From Sphyrna mokarran (lineage: Eukaryota), in the NCBI GenBank assembly GCA_024679065.1, contig JAGIQG010000019.1:27404001-27468000 (forward strand): a stretch of 64,000 nt of DNA. Reading direction: 5' to 3'. Of this stretch, positions 37,701-45,985 are shown one piece after another (the first letter of the stretch is position 1; the number at the start of each line of letters is the position of its first letter). The notes under the pieces are model-generated. The model was not told the DNA's origin. It saw only the letters and a list, made by a program, of their open reading frames with translations, and searched no databases. The translations under genes and the position numbers were made by a program.

Positions 37701-40700
37701 ATTGTGAACAAATGGAGTCCAAGTACTGATCCTTGTGGTACCCCACTAGCCATAGCCTGCCACCACGAGAATGACTTGTTTATTCCTACGCTCTGCTTTC
37801 TGCCTGATATCCAATCCTTAATCCACACCAGTGTATTGCCTCAGCACATATACGTTTATTTTGCTTAACAACCTCCTGTAGAGGACTTTATCAAAAACCT
37901 TCTGAAAATCCAAATATAGAACAAAGAACAAAACAGCACGGGAAACAGGCCCTTCGGCCCAATGAACCCACGCCGCCACCCCGATGTTCCCACCTCTACC
38001 CGCGATCCCTGTCCACGTTTATAGATCTATGGATTAAAAACCAAATTTGAGACAATTTAGGGAGAATTTGTTTTGCCAATTAGCCTAAGTACTGATCATT
38101 ACTTTCTGGCCATCCATGATGACAGGATTCTCCAGTCCCGCTGCAGTGAATGCAGATTTGGCTGAGCACCAAATTTTCCATTCTCATTTGCAGAGGTGGC
38201 AGGGCATGAATAGTCGGAAAATTGTGGCTACCATCTCCATTGCCTCTCCTTTGTCAATGTTAGTAACATCCTCAAATAACTCAAACAAGTTCGCAAACAT
38301 CATTTCCCATTCGTAAATCCATGTTGATTCTGCCCAATCAGATCCTGATTGTCCAATTGTCCATTTATCACAACATTAACAATGGATTCTAACATTTCCC
38401 CAAATATTGATACAAGGCTTACAGGACAGGGGATTGAGGTTCGAATCCCACCTCCGCAGATAGTGGGATTTAAATTCAACAAAAGTCTGGAGTTAGAAGC
38501 TTAACAATGACCATGAAACCTTGTCAATTGTTGTCAAACCTATCTAATTTCCTAATGTTCTTTAGGCAAGGAACCTGGTCTGGCCTACAAGTGACTCCAT
38601 GTACACAGCAATTTGCTTGACTTTTAAATGCCCCCTGAAATGTTCCCAGCAAGCCACTCAGTTCAAGGACAGTTAGGGATGGATCATGACTACTGCTCCA
38701 GCCAGTGATGCCCACATCCCACACCAGTCTTTCTCGTGCTTTTTTATCTCTCCAGTTCTGCTTTCACTCTCTCACACTCCGGTATACTCCTGACTTTACT
38801 CTCAGTCTTGCTCTTTCTTGCGCTCTTTTTTTCTCCCCATCTTTGTTCTCACTCGATTTCTTTTTTGTGCTCTTTTATCCTCCCTACCTGTATCACTCCC
38901 TCTCACACTCTTCTATCCTCCCTGTGCAGCTCACTGGCTCGGAGGTTATGAGCGACTGTAACACTAAGCCAGCAGCTGGTCGCCACTGGAAAGATTGGTG
39001 AGGCTGGAAAGTCACTGATCTCAGGCAGGGAAAGGGGTGCAATAGACGGTCTGTAATCCTGGGTGTGATGGACAGGGGCAGTTTCAAGGGTAACAGTGCT
39101 TGTGGTGGGGGGGGGGGGGGGGGCGGAGTTTGGTGGTGGTTGGTGGACAGAGTGGTGATGATGATATCTGGGAGTTGAGGAGGGCAGTGCTGGGAATTAG
39201 ATGATCCCTGGGGTGCAGGGGGAGCTCCTCAATTTCCAGATGATATGGAAAGGAAAGGTGGGATTTTACAGCCTCGTCCAAGCGAGACCAGAAATTTCTG
39301 TCCAAGGTCAACAGATTTTCTATTTTCTACCCCTGATCTGCTCCGATTCTGTGGCAGCCAGGTGGTAGAATTCCAGCAGAAATCTAACAGTAAAAACTTA
39401 GTTCAGCAGTTGATTGCATGAAATTAGCAGTTGAAGTAGATGTTCTAATATCACACTGAATTTTCATTCTGTTGTTCCAAAACCACATCAAACAAAAAAA
39501 AGCCACTCACATTTAACAAAGCGCCTTCAGGATCTGATGCTGAGAATCGATAAACAAATTCTCCAATATTATTGGTCTCAGAGATCGTTACATTAGGTTC
39601 TGCATGAAACAACAGCAAGAGTTAACAGGTACTAAACTGCCCAGCATTGTACTCTTTCAAACAAGGTTGACTTTTGTTATTTTTCCTGCTGTTTGTGTGC
39701 ATTAGAAGTGGATGAGAAATCAGCACCTTGATCTCAGGGCTGGATTCTCATTGTTAAAGTGGGAGTATTGCATGCAGTTCTGGTCACCTCACTACCAGAA
39801 GGACGTGGAAGCTTTGGAGAGAGCGCAAAGAAGGTTATTTCCTGATCTCGAGGGTATTGGCTATGAGCAGAGGTTGAATAAACTAGGATTGTTTTCACTG
39901 GAAAGACAGAGGTTGAAGAGAGACCGGATAGAGGTCTGCAACATTATGAGGCATTCACAAGCTGGATATTCAGAGGCTTTTTCCAAAGCTGGAAGTGTCA
40001 ATTACAAGGGGTCACAGATTCAAGGTGAGAGGAGGAAAGTTTAAGGGAAATCTCCAAGGGAAAATTTTCACACAGAGAGTGGTGGGTGTCTGGAAAGCAA
40101 TGCCAGAAAATGTGATGGAAGCAAGTTTGAAAGGCATCTGGATGGGTACATGAATATGGAGGAAGTAGTAGGATATGGACTAAGTAAGGGCAGAAGATTT
40201 TTAGTTAAGGCATCATGATTGGTGAAGGGCTGAAGGGCCTGTTCCTGTGCTGTACTGTTCTTTGTCTTTGTTCTAGACCTACTAACTTCTATATGACTAA
40301 TCATTGCACAGTACTCCAGTTTTCCCAATCTTTGGGCATTTAGTTTTCATTTGGGAGAATCCTGGCCTCTATCTCTAAACTTCTGCTTTGATGAAAGGTC
40401 ATCCAGACTCAAAATGTTGGCTCTATTCTCTCTTCCTTCCTAGATGCTGTCAGACTAGCTAAGATTTTCCAGCATTTTCTGTTTTTGTTTCAGATTCCAT
40501 CTTCTGCAGTATTTTGCTTTTATCTCCACATTTCATGTTATTGTTAATCAGGAATTTATCTCACTCTGCTTTAAACATACTCAATAACTGAGATTCCACA
40601 GCCCTCTGGTGCAGAGAATTCCAAAGACTCGTAACCCCACTGTGTAAAGAAATGTTTTTCCTTGCCTCAATCCTAAGTAGCATTCCCCACACTTTGAAAT

Positions 40701-43700
40701 TATGCCCCATTGTTCTAGACTCCCCAACCAAGGGAAATATCTTACCTGCATCAACCTTTCATTATTTTGTAGGCTTCAATGAGATCATCTCTCATTCTTC
40801 GAAACTCTAGAGAATACAAGCCCGTTTCCCCAATCTGTCTTCATAAGATAGTCTGCAGAACAAGTCTGGTGACCCTTCATTGCACTCTCTCTATGGAAAT
40901 AAATCCTAAGGTAAGGGGATGTAGTTGGACTTTCATAATGTTCCCTTGTACCATTAACAACTAGCCATATATTCCAGTAATGTATGCAGAGAAGAAATGA
41001 TTCAATTGTTAATTATTAAACATCTTTGGGCAAACAGAAGATGCTTGAATTGGATCTGTCTATTTCCAGCAGTCTAGTTATTCTCTTTCTGTTTCTTGAT
41101 GGCTGTAATAGGTTTCTCAGGAGCTGCGTATTAGAAAATATCTTTTAATACAGGAGTCTCAATGGGGCACAGACTACCCATAATAAGATACATATAATGT
41201 CTTTATATTTATGTATAATATCAGCCTAAGTCAAATTCCTGTCATCCCTACATGTCTCTCCAACAGGCCCTATACAGCAACTAATGGCTAATGACTCTCA
41301 AAGAACTGGAAGACTGCTTTCGGGCTGAAGATGCTTAAACTGTGCATTAAATCCAACTGCACTGTTTTAGTTTTCATTACTGCCTGTAATATAAGAACAC
41401 TGACTTGTATTTATGTAATGCCTTCAATGTGATAAAACATCCCAAAGTGCTTTATGATATTAGTTCATGGCCAAAAGCTTGGCTGAATTAGAATAAAAGG
41501 AGCATCTTAAAGGAGAAAAATAGAGGGAGAGAGGTTTAGCCAGTGCATCGAGATAATAGTTTTAACATAGAAAGGTATTTCAAATCACTCTGCAAACATG
41601 CTCTTCCCCTAAAACAGACACACCAGCTTAGGGTGGGTCACCTTGCAACACTAAGAATCTAGATGTTTAGCAGAGATTATTAATAAGCTTTATTACACAA
41701 ACCTAAGCAAGCCAAAGTTCAGTGTTTTCTGCATCGTGCTTTACCTTCTCCATTAACGACTGAAGTACATTCAGGAGGTTCATCAACATCGGTGAGTGAT
41801 ACCGTCAGAGTTTGGGAGGCACTATATGAGCCATTTGCAGCTTGCACCACAAGTAGGTATGATTTAGGTATATGGTCCTCATAGTTAAAATCTACAACAG
41901 TTTTAATAATTCCAGTTGCTGAAACAAAATGCATAAAACAAGTTTTTACTCAGCAATATTCTGCGAACAGAAAAAAACCACGAGAGTACATTTCCCTTTG
42001 ACCTAAACCCAGGGATTCAAGGGCCTCCTGAGATATTGACCCTGTAGATACGTGTAAGGTCCAAACCCAGCATTGTTATAAAAATGTGGTGGCAGAGGCA
42101 GTTCGAAGATGACAAATGATCCAGCTCACCAGCTACGTTCTGTCTCTACCAGCATGATCTTCGGGTGTCAGACGTTTTAGCCACTGTCCTCCAGCCGTCA
42201 GCAGATGTTGACCAGTGAAGTTGTACCTATAGAGCTGTATATAGAGATTCCTCTTTGCTGAAATCTGGGCTTGCACTGATTATGACAAGGCTATGCCTCT
42301 GACCCAAGACTGGGACTTTCTTTGTTCTCTCCTATGACAAACACATACCGAGGAAAACCAAGCCTAGTATTTGTTTTAAAGATATCCAAAACAGCGACCG
42401 ATCTCTTATGTAAAAGCAGAAGGTGCTGGAAATCCAAACCAATTTCTACATTCTACTATCTGATTGCTCAATGTGTCACAGCTCATCAGCAAATTGGCTG
42501 GATTGCTGTGATACGGTAATAGCCTCAAACAGCCTTAATCAAACATGGACATTTCCTCACAACATTTAAGAAGTATTTGATGAGCACTCAAAACACCATA
42601 CAGGCTACAGACTAAATGCTGGAAAATGGGATTAGAATAGCTTGGTGTTGAACGGCCACTGCAGATCTGATGGGTCAAATGGCCTCTTTCTGTGCAATAA
42701 AGCTCTATGACACTATGGACTAAAGAACTGAACTTCAGTAGTGAGATGGGAGTGACTGCCAAGGCAGCATTTGATCAGCTATGGCATCAAAGAGCCCTCG
42801 TAAAATCGGAATCATTGGGAATTAACGGGAAAGCTCTCTACATGTCTGAGTCATGCCAAACACAAAGGAAGTTGGTTGTGGTGGTTAGAGATCAATCATC
42901 ACAGTTCTGGAAAATCACTGCAGAGTTCCTCAGCGAGTGTCCCAGGCACGACAATCTTCAGTTGCTTCATCAACGACATTCCTTCTGTCATAAGGTAGAA
43001 GTAGGGATCTTTGCTGATGACTACACAATGTTCAGCACCATTTGTGATGGCCCCTCAAATACCTGAAGCTGTCCATGTCTTTGTACAGTAAGATCTGGAC
43101 AACATTCAGGTTTGGGATAATAAACAGCAAAGTACAATTCGGACCCCACAACCACCTGAATGGACGAATCACACCCTATGATTTCAGGGGTGGGTGTTAA
43201 CTAGAGCAGCAAGGTTTAAAATGGCAGGTTAAGTGTCAAATCAGTGTTAGAAGCAGAGTGATATCATAATCTGTCCACTTTGTATCTTTTCAGTGTGCAC
43301 ATAATCCTTGTCCTAATGCCCACAACAACATGACATCAACATGAGCCACAGTGGCCAGCAGTGACACTAACTTAATTTTTCACATCATCTGTTACCCATA
43401 ACACTGAAGCCACTGCAATTCCAGAGGCTTTAACTGTATGGAGCAATGATATTTTTTGATATAAATTTATCAGATTTTGTTGCATATTTGTCCTTTACAA
43501 AGGAAAGTACAAGGGGAAAAGAAAACTTCAGAAAGCTGTATAATGAAGTAAGTGTGCACTTAACTGGGAAACACTGGACAATCACTCCAGTCTTTTCCAG
43601 TTTATGACATACTCCTTTGACCTTTGCTTGAATTGTGCTGATAGAATCCTTACCATTTTCAATATCAAAATTTGAATTGCTTCCTAGAAAGGTGAATTCT

Positions 43701-44413
43701 GTAGCATCAAAGTCATCACTTGTTGTTGCAACTACTGTGCCAATGGGTACTTCCTCAGGCAGTGTGGCTGGATTTGATGAGAATGAAACATTTGCTTCAC
43801 TGATTTTCCAAATTCCTGTAAAACGGCAAGGAGCAGAAAGATTTGTTTTAAGAAAATAGGATTCAGTATTGGAAACATTATTGAATTAAATCCTATTTTT
43901 CAATCAATGCCCTACATAAACATCTTAATACTTCTTCAAATAGAAATACCATCATCAAATGTTCTTAAAGAGGTGTTTTTGTGTTTGAGTCAAATATTGC
44001 GAAGACGCACTTACATTAATCATAAAATCCCAACAATACAGAGAAACGCCATTCGGCCCATCAAGCTTCCACTGACAACAATCCCATATGGGCCCTTCTC
44101 CTGTAATCCCACATATTTACTCCAGTAAACCCCCCAATCAAACTAACCCACACACTTTTGGAGTGTGGAAGAAAACCAGAGCAACCCACAGGCACAGGGA
44201 GAACTTGAAATTCCATACAGACAGTCTCCCAAGATGAGTATTGAACTCAGATTCCTCATGTTGTGAGACAGCAGTGCTAACCTCTGTACCACCATTAGAA
44301 TAAGTAGTAATAAACAAATATTTATTAAATGTCTTGTCTGTAACATTTCCATAAAATGGGCTTGGAAAATACATACCTTGAAATAGAAGTATTGCTGTGA
44401 TCAAAATATTCAT
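1602..44413 (-). CDS. Multi-exon cadherin-repeat gene, 5' part (signal peptide + EC1 to part of EC10; continues beyond the left edge). Cadherin-related (CDHR3/CDHR4-like or Fat-like) protein, orthology not established
   Basis: 25 exons with GT-AG boundaries and matching phases join into one stop-free ORF of 3114 nt. Cadherin motifs present: PEE/DEE/ISE, A-x-D-x-D, LDYE, DVNDE.P. No transmembrane exon in the window. Confidence 0.93.
2021..5100 (-). mobile_element. CR1-type LINE, degenerate ORF2 (endonuclease + RT), nested in an older CR1 3' remnant (1900-2020 / 5105-5300, +)
   Basis: ORF fragments VELRNHKGKKTLLGVMYKPPSS, GNYRQVSLT, SQHGFIKG; CR1 3' tail at 2021. Confidence 0.9.
3022..3117 (+). 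mobile_element. Short Penelope-like 3'/pLTR fragment inserted in CR1
   Basis: cctgaaga...cgaaagc followed by gttggattt..tggtgttgtcagac..cttactgtg; same family as 34895 and 51890. Confidence 0.55.
5741..5829 (-). CDS. Exon 24 (89 nt; cassette A3, EC10)
   Basis: GPNVTISETDNIGEFVYRVSATDPENELLN; catgcag| ... |gtgagt. Confidence 0.9.
6430..7000 (+). mobile_element. Decayed CR1 LINE RT 3' fragment
   Basis: Resembles the CR1 RT C-terminus (ctacagttgtacaagac..., CR1-type tail). Confidence 0.65.
7969..8151 (-). CDS. Exon 23 (183 nt; cassette B2, end of EC9)
   Basis: Paralog of 25772-25954, same peptide; GT-AG. Confidence 0.92.
8330..8582 (-). mobile_element. HE1-like tRNA-derived V-SINE
   Basis: A-box (agtggttagtact), B-box-like gttcaattcc, V-domain remnant. 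Confidence 0.8.
8693..9590 (+). mobile_element. Harbinger/PIF DNA transposon relic (Myb/SANT-like ORF remnant); paralog of 26232-27610
   Basis: Left TIR gggtggaatttta; decayed AKLLEMVETRWDNLF...RTGKQC.KRLNDL. Confidence 0.65.
9795..9940 (-). CDS. Exon 22 (146 nt; cassette B2, EC9)
   Basis: SSCPLTSLTLNEEVAAGTTLITLSASDGDDNENLTFSFAVNEPSFEINQ; GT-AG. Confidence 0.92.
10041..10150 (-). CDS. Exon 21 (110 nt; cassette B2, end of EC8)
   Basis: LFYAVVSVNDTGSPSLACTGTVTITITDVNDEVPVI; GT-AG. Confidence 0.92.
10280..10387 (-). CDS. Exon 20 (108 nt; cassette B2, EC8)
   Basis: Paralog of 28315-28422; same peptide YSILSSSSTNTSALFDVDNLGLITTAADLNFENGDM; GT-AG. Confidence 0.9.
11936..12024 (-). CDS. Exon 19 (89 nt; cassette B2, EC8)
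   Basis: tgttacag| ... |gtaagt; GPAVSIAEDIAIGTSVYKITASNPDGNALQ. Confidence 0.9.
13120..14283 (+). mobile_element. CR1 LINE RT 3' fragment
   Basis: LDPLLFVIYINDLE...ISKFAVDTKIGG...WAEQWQMEFN. Confidence 0.9.
14431..14702 (-). mobile_element. Short 5'-truncated young CR1 copy
   Basis: RGHSFKLRGG.FRTDVRGRFFTQRVVRVWNALP...; 3' tail (ttctatg)n. Confidence 0.88.
14703..16490 (-). mobile_element. Young 5'-truncated CR1 (HER1-like) LINE, RT with a few frameshifts
   Basis: KSPGPDGIYPR, SQHGFVKGRSCLTNL, YMDFSNAFDKV, SKFADD, LYKTLVRPHLEYC. Confidence 0.95.
16798..16980 (-). CDS. Exon 18 (183 nt; cassette A2, end of EC7)
   Basis: cacttacag| ... |gtgagt; VGNGAWIITNSILDYENASAITDYQLNIVVTDLASHVTSCNLNVSLNPVSETPVCDPQFVA. 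Confidence 0.92.
17045..18075 (-). mobile_element. CR1 LINE 3' end with a long 3' UTR containing a V-SINE-derived body
   Basis: ORF2 C-terminus 17575-18066, then ~530 nt UTR with V-domain and (ttctttg)n tail. Confidence 0.9.
18593..18738 (-). CDS. Exon 17 (146 nt; cassette A2, EC7)
   Basis: attttctag| ... |gtaagg; SQCPSSPVSVDEELPAGTIVAFLSASDNDTTDNLTFSFGIPETDFQIQQ. Confidence 0.88.
19053..19162 (-). CDS. Exon 16 (110 nt; cassette A2, end of EC6)
   Basis: ctctgcag| ... |gtctgt; LQQYHAMVSVSDPAGNTCTGIVTIHIADVNDEVPVI. Confidence 0.9.
20380..21305 (+). mobile_element. CR1 LINE RT 3' fragment
   Basis: SKFADD-like motif, FFTQRVVNVWNS, tail ttctagtttctatgtttc. Confidence 0.88.
21865..23250 (+). mobile_element. 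Degenerate CR1-clade LINE relic
   Basis: ALDIKPASDQVW, MVVVLSGQQS; paralog of 1-1520. Confidence 0.8.
23325..23432 (-). CDS. Exon 15 (108 nt; cassette A2, EC6)
   Basis: ttttacag| ... |gtatga; YTILSLSTSGILTLFDIDTVGAISTVSSVDYEATDQ. Confidence 0.9.
24192..24280 (-). CDS. Exon 14 (89 nt; cassette A2, EC6)
   Basis: tcattcag| ... |gtgagt; GPNVTISETDNIGEFVYRVSATDPENELLN. Confidence 0.9.
24955..25290 (-). mobile_element. HE1-like V-SINE with CR1-type tail
   Basis: tRNA head, V-domain and tail; absent from the paralogous intron near 7520. Confidence 0.88.
25772..25954 (-). CDS. Exon 13 (183 nt; cassette B1, end of EC5)
   Basis: tctttcag| ... |gtgaag; VGDTVIITNTLVLDYEDVSVVKFYTLNVVVTDQGGNTATCNLNVSLTPVDEDPVCDAEFIA. 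Confidence 0.92.
26232..27610 (+). mobile_element. Harbinger/PIF DNA transposon relic with TIRs and Myb/SANT-like ORF remnant
   Basis: TIRs gggcagaatttta ... taaaattccaccc; DLAKLLEVVEARWETLFP...VSAKVLGERTGK. Confidence 0.7.
27829..27974 (-). CDS. Exon 12 (146 nt; cassette B1, EC5)
   Basis: cattttcag| ... |gtatga; SSCPLTSLTLNEEVAAGTTLITLSASDGDDNENLTFSFAVNEPSFEINQ. Confidence 0.92.
28075..28184 (-). CDS. Exon 11 (110 nt; cassette B1, end of EC4)
   Basis: cccttcag| ... |gtacgt; LFYAVISVNDTGSPSLACTGTVTITITDVNDEVPVI. Confidence 0.92.
28315..28422 (-). CDS. Exon 10 (108 nt; cassette B1, EC4)
   Basis: tctttcag| ... |gtatga; YSILSSSSTNTSALFDVDNLGLITTAADLNFENGDM. Confidence 0.9.
28446..28788 (-). 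mobile_element. HE1-like V-SINE
   Basis: Full tRNA head, V-domain and CR1-type tail; absent from the paralogous position ~10408. Confidence 0.9.
29864..29952 (-). CDS. Exon 9 (89 nt; cassette B1, EC4)
   Basis: ggtgcag| ... |gtaagt; GPSVTISEDIVNGASVYKITASDPDGNDLQ. Confidence 0.9.
31579..31761 (-). CDS. Exon 8 (183 nt; cassette A1, end of EC3)
   Basis: actttcag| ... |gtgagt; VGNNAWILTNAVLDYENTSATTDYQLNIIVTDLASQVASCNLNVSLNNVNEAPACDPQFEA. Confidence 0.92.
32359..32504 (-). CDS. Exon 7 (146 nt; cassette A1, EC3)
   Basis: attttctag| ... |gtattg; SECPLSPVSVDEELPAGTIVAFLTAYDNDTTDTLTFSFGIPETDFQIQQ. Confidence 0.88.
32745..33240 (+). mobile_element. L2-clade LINE 3' remnant
   Basis: Decayed L.DLHWL...DFKIL..FK motif and tail gaagcacctggggc..ttaaaggc..tataaatg. 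Confidence 0.7.
34022..34131 (-). CDS. Exon 6 (110 nt; cassette A1, end of EC2)
   Basis: ctctgcag| ... |gtttgt; LKQYHAVVSVADPAGNTCTGLVTIYIADVNDEVPVI. Confidence 0.9.
34440..35995 (+). mobile_element. CR1 LINE RT fragment interrupted by a Penelope-like insert
   Basis: NYRPVSLT, FSKAFDKV and FADDTK motifs recognisable. Confidence 0.88.
34895..35045. mobile_element. Penelope-like inverted-repeat element
   Basis: ~50-bp imperfect inverted arms within 34895-35009. Confidence 0.6.
36784..36891 (-). CDS. Exon 5 (108 nt; cassette A1, EC2)
   Basis: ttttacag| ... |gtacaa; YTILSLSTLGILTLFDIDTVGAISTISSVDYEATDQ. Confidence 0.9.
37150..38430 (-). mobile_element. Decayed CR1 LINE carrying a nested 3'-tail copy (37917-38089) of the V-SINE-tailed CR1 family
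   Basis: SGVPQGSVLG..FTICINDLD; nested segment nearly identical to 17045-17216. Confidence 0.85.
39511..39599 (-). CDS. Exon 4 (89 nt; cassette A1, EC2)
   Basis: catgcag| ... |gtgagt; EPNVTISETNNIGEFVYRFSASDPEGALLN. Confidence 0.9.
39755..40275 (+). mobile_element. CR1 LINE 3' fragment
   Basis: EYCMQFWSPHYQKDVEALER; 3' gaagggcctgttcctgtgctg tail. Confidence 0.85.
40385..40525 (+). mobile_element. Penelope-like element 3' remnant (related copies at ~10745, ~28965, ~50350)
   Basis: tgatgaaaggtcatccagactcaaaatgttgg...gatgctgtcagac...ccagcattttctgttttt. Confidence 0.6.
41745..41918 (-). CDS. Exon 3 (174 nt; second half of EC1)
   Basis: gtttcag| ... |gtaaag; ATGIIKTVVDFNYEDHIPKSYLLVVQAANGSYSASQTLTVSLTDVDEPPECTSVVNGE. 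Confidence 0.92.
43654..43815 (-). CDS. Exon 2 (162 nt; end of signal peptide + first half of EC1)
   Basis: ttttacag| ... |gtaagg; GIWKISEANVSFSSNPATLPEEVPIGTVVATTSDDFDATEFTFLGSNSNFDIEN. Confidence 0.88.
44020..44295 (-). mobile_element. HE1-like V-SINE
   Basis: V-domain remnant and CR1-type tail. Confidence 0.8.
44377..44413 (-). CDS. Cadherin gene coding exon 1 (signal peptide start, MNILITAILLFQ-G)
   Basis: AAAATG start, hydrophobic stretch, donor CAAG|gtatgt in phase 1, which joins exon 2 to give MNILITAILLFQGIWKISEA, a plausible signal peptide. Confidence 0.75.
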
Positions 44414-45029
44414 TTTAAAGGCATTCGGCAGAATGATTACCCTGAGCCTCTGCACAGTTCCACAATGCGTTCCTCGTTCGAGGGACAGAACTGTACAACT
44501 ACTGTCACTTGACACCACCTTAATTTCAATGTTTAAAAAATTATTTGAAAACAAATAACCAAACATGTAATTACAGTATCACATAACCAGCATAGGAAAA
44601 CTATTTAAGCATTATATATATCCTGTGTATTGTAGTTCATCGCCTAGAAACGGCTCCAAATCTCCAAAGCAGAAACCATTGACATTTGCCATTATTAACC
44701 AAATACTGCCTTACAGTGCCAGGATCCCAGCTTGGGTGATTGTCTGTGCAGAGTTTGCACATTCTCCTTGTGTCTGCGTGGGTTTCCTCCCTTAGTCCGA
44801 AAGATGTGCTGGTTAGGTGCATTGGCCATGCATAAGCGTATTTGTGACATGAGTAAATAAACTAAACTTAAAAAAAATTCTTGTTTGGAAAAGTGACTGA
44901 GAATTTTTATACCAAGTTCAAGCAGCAGATGTCATGTAAGATTTCTCACAAATGAAAATTGCAACAAAGCCGATCAAAGTAGCAAAGATGATTTCTTTGA
45001 TTAAAAAAAAGGCAACCTTTATCATTTCA

Positions 45030-45330
45030 AGTTTATTTATTATTTCTTTTTATTAGTGTCACAAGTAGGCTTGCACTAACACTGCAATAAGGTTACTGTG
45101 AAAATTCCCTAGTCGGCGCATTCAGGCACCTGTTTGAGTACACTGAGGGAGAATTTAGCACGGCCAATCACCTAACCAACATGTCTTTAGGACTGTCAGA
45201 GGAAACTGGAGCACCGGAAGATATGGGAAAACATGAAGACTCTGCACAGACAGTGACCAAAGCTGGGAACGGAATCCGGGTCGCTGGCACTGAGAGGCAA
45301 CAGTGCTAACCTCTGCGCCGCTGTGCCACC
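45030..45330 (-). mobile_element. V-SINE (alternative-tail subfamily)
   Basis: tRNA head at ~45330; tail ...gcagtgttagtgcaagcctacttgtgacactaataaa. Confidence 0.8.
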
Positions 45331-45447
45331 ATTGTATAACAACATTGCTACATTACTTGTACTGCTGCAGGTGGGTAAAACTACAGGCTGCAATTTGACA
45401 TTTCAATGTCACTGTGCGATTGCACTCTTCAAATTAAAAAAAATTTG

Positions 45448-45985
45448 AGACCATAAGACGTAGGAGCAGAATTCGGCCACTCGGCCCATCGAGTCTGCTC
45501 CACCATTCATCATGGCTGATTGTTTATCGCATCCCCATTCTCCTACCTTTTCCCCAGAACCACTGATCCCTTTATTAATCAAAAACCTATCTCTGTCTTA
45601 AAGACACCAAATGATCTGACCTCCACAGCCTTCTGTGGCAAAAGATTCCACAGATTCACTACTCTCTGGCTGAAGAAATTCCTCTTCATCTCTATTTTAT
45701 AGGATCGTCCTTTTAACCTGAGGTTGTGCCCTCTGGTTCTAGTTTTTCCTACTATTGGAAACTTCCTCTCCACGTCTACTCTATCCAGACCTCACAGTAT
45801 CAGTAAGTTTCAATAAGATCCCCTCCTCATCCTTCTAAACTCCAATGAGTACAGACAGAGTTCTCAACCGTTCCTCATATGCCAAGCTCTTCATTCCAGG
45901 ATCATTCTTGTGAACATCCTCTGGACCCTTTCCAAGGCCAGCACATCCTTCTTCCGATTTGGAGCCCAAAACTGCTCACAATTTG
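45448..45985 (-). mobile_element. CR1 3' fragment, same family as 2021-5100
   Basis: RNFFSQRVVNLWNLLPQK; tail matches 2021-2520. Confidence 0.88.

Larger units (their letters stand above)
1..39750. repeat. Intragenic tandem segmental duplication (10-exon A+B unit, about 2.2 copies in the window)
   Basis: Exons and flanking intron segments recur, e.g. 9590-10405 vs 27610-28440, 6930-8330 vs 24345-26130, 5300-5960 vs 23740-24330 vs 39420-39730, and 1520-1900 vs 23250-23620 vs 36700-37080. Confidence 0.95.

Noticed and set aside
1602-39599. Clustered-protocadherin or Dscam-style array of mutually exclusive variable exons
   Set aside because: The exons are ordered as consecutive complete cassettes that read through in frame. 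There are no single large variable exons and no adjacent alternatives of the same exon.
1602-44413. Assigning the symbol CDHR3, CDHR4 or FAT4
   Set aside because: The resemblance is only at motif level; orthology needs phylogeny, synteny and the missing C-terminus
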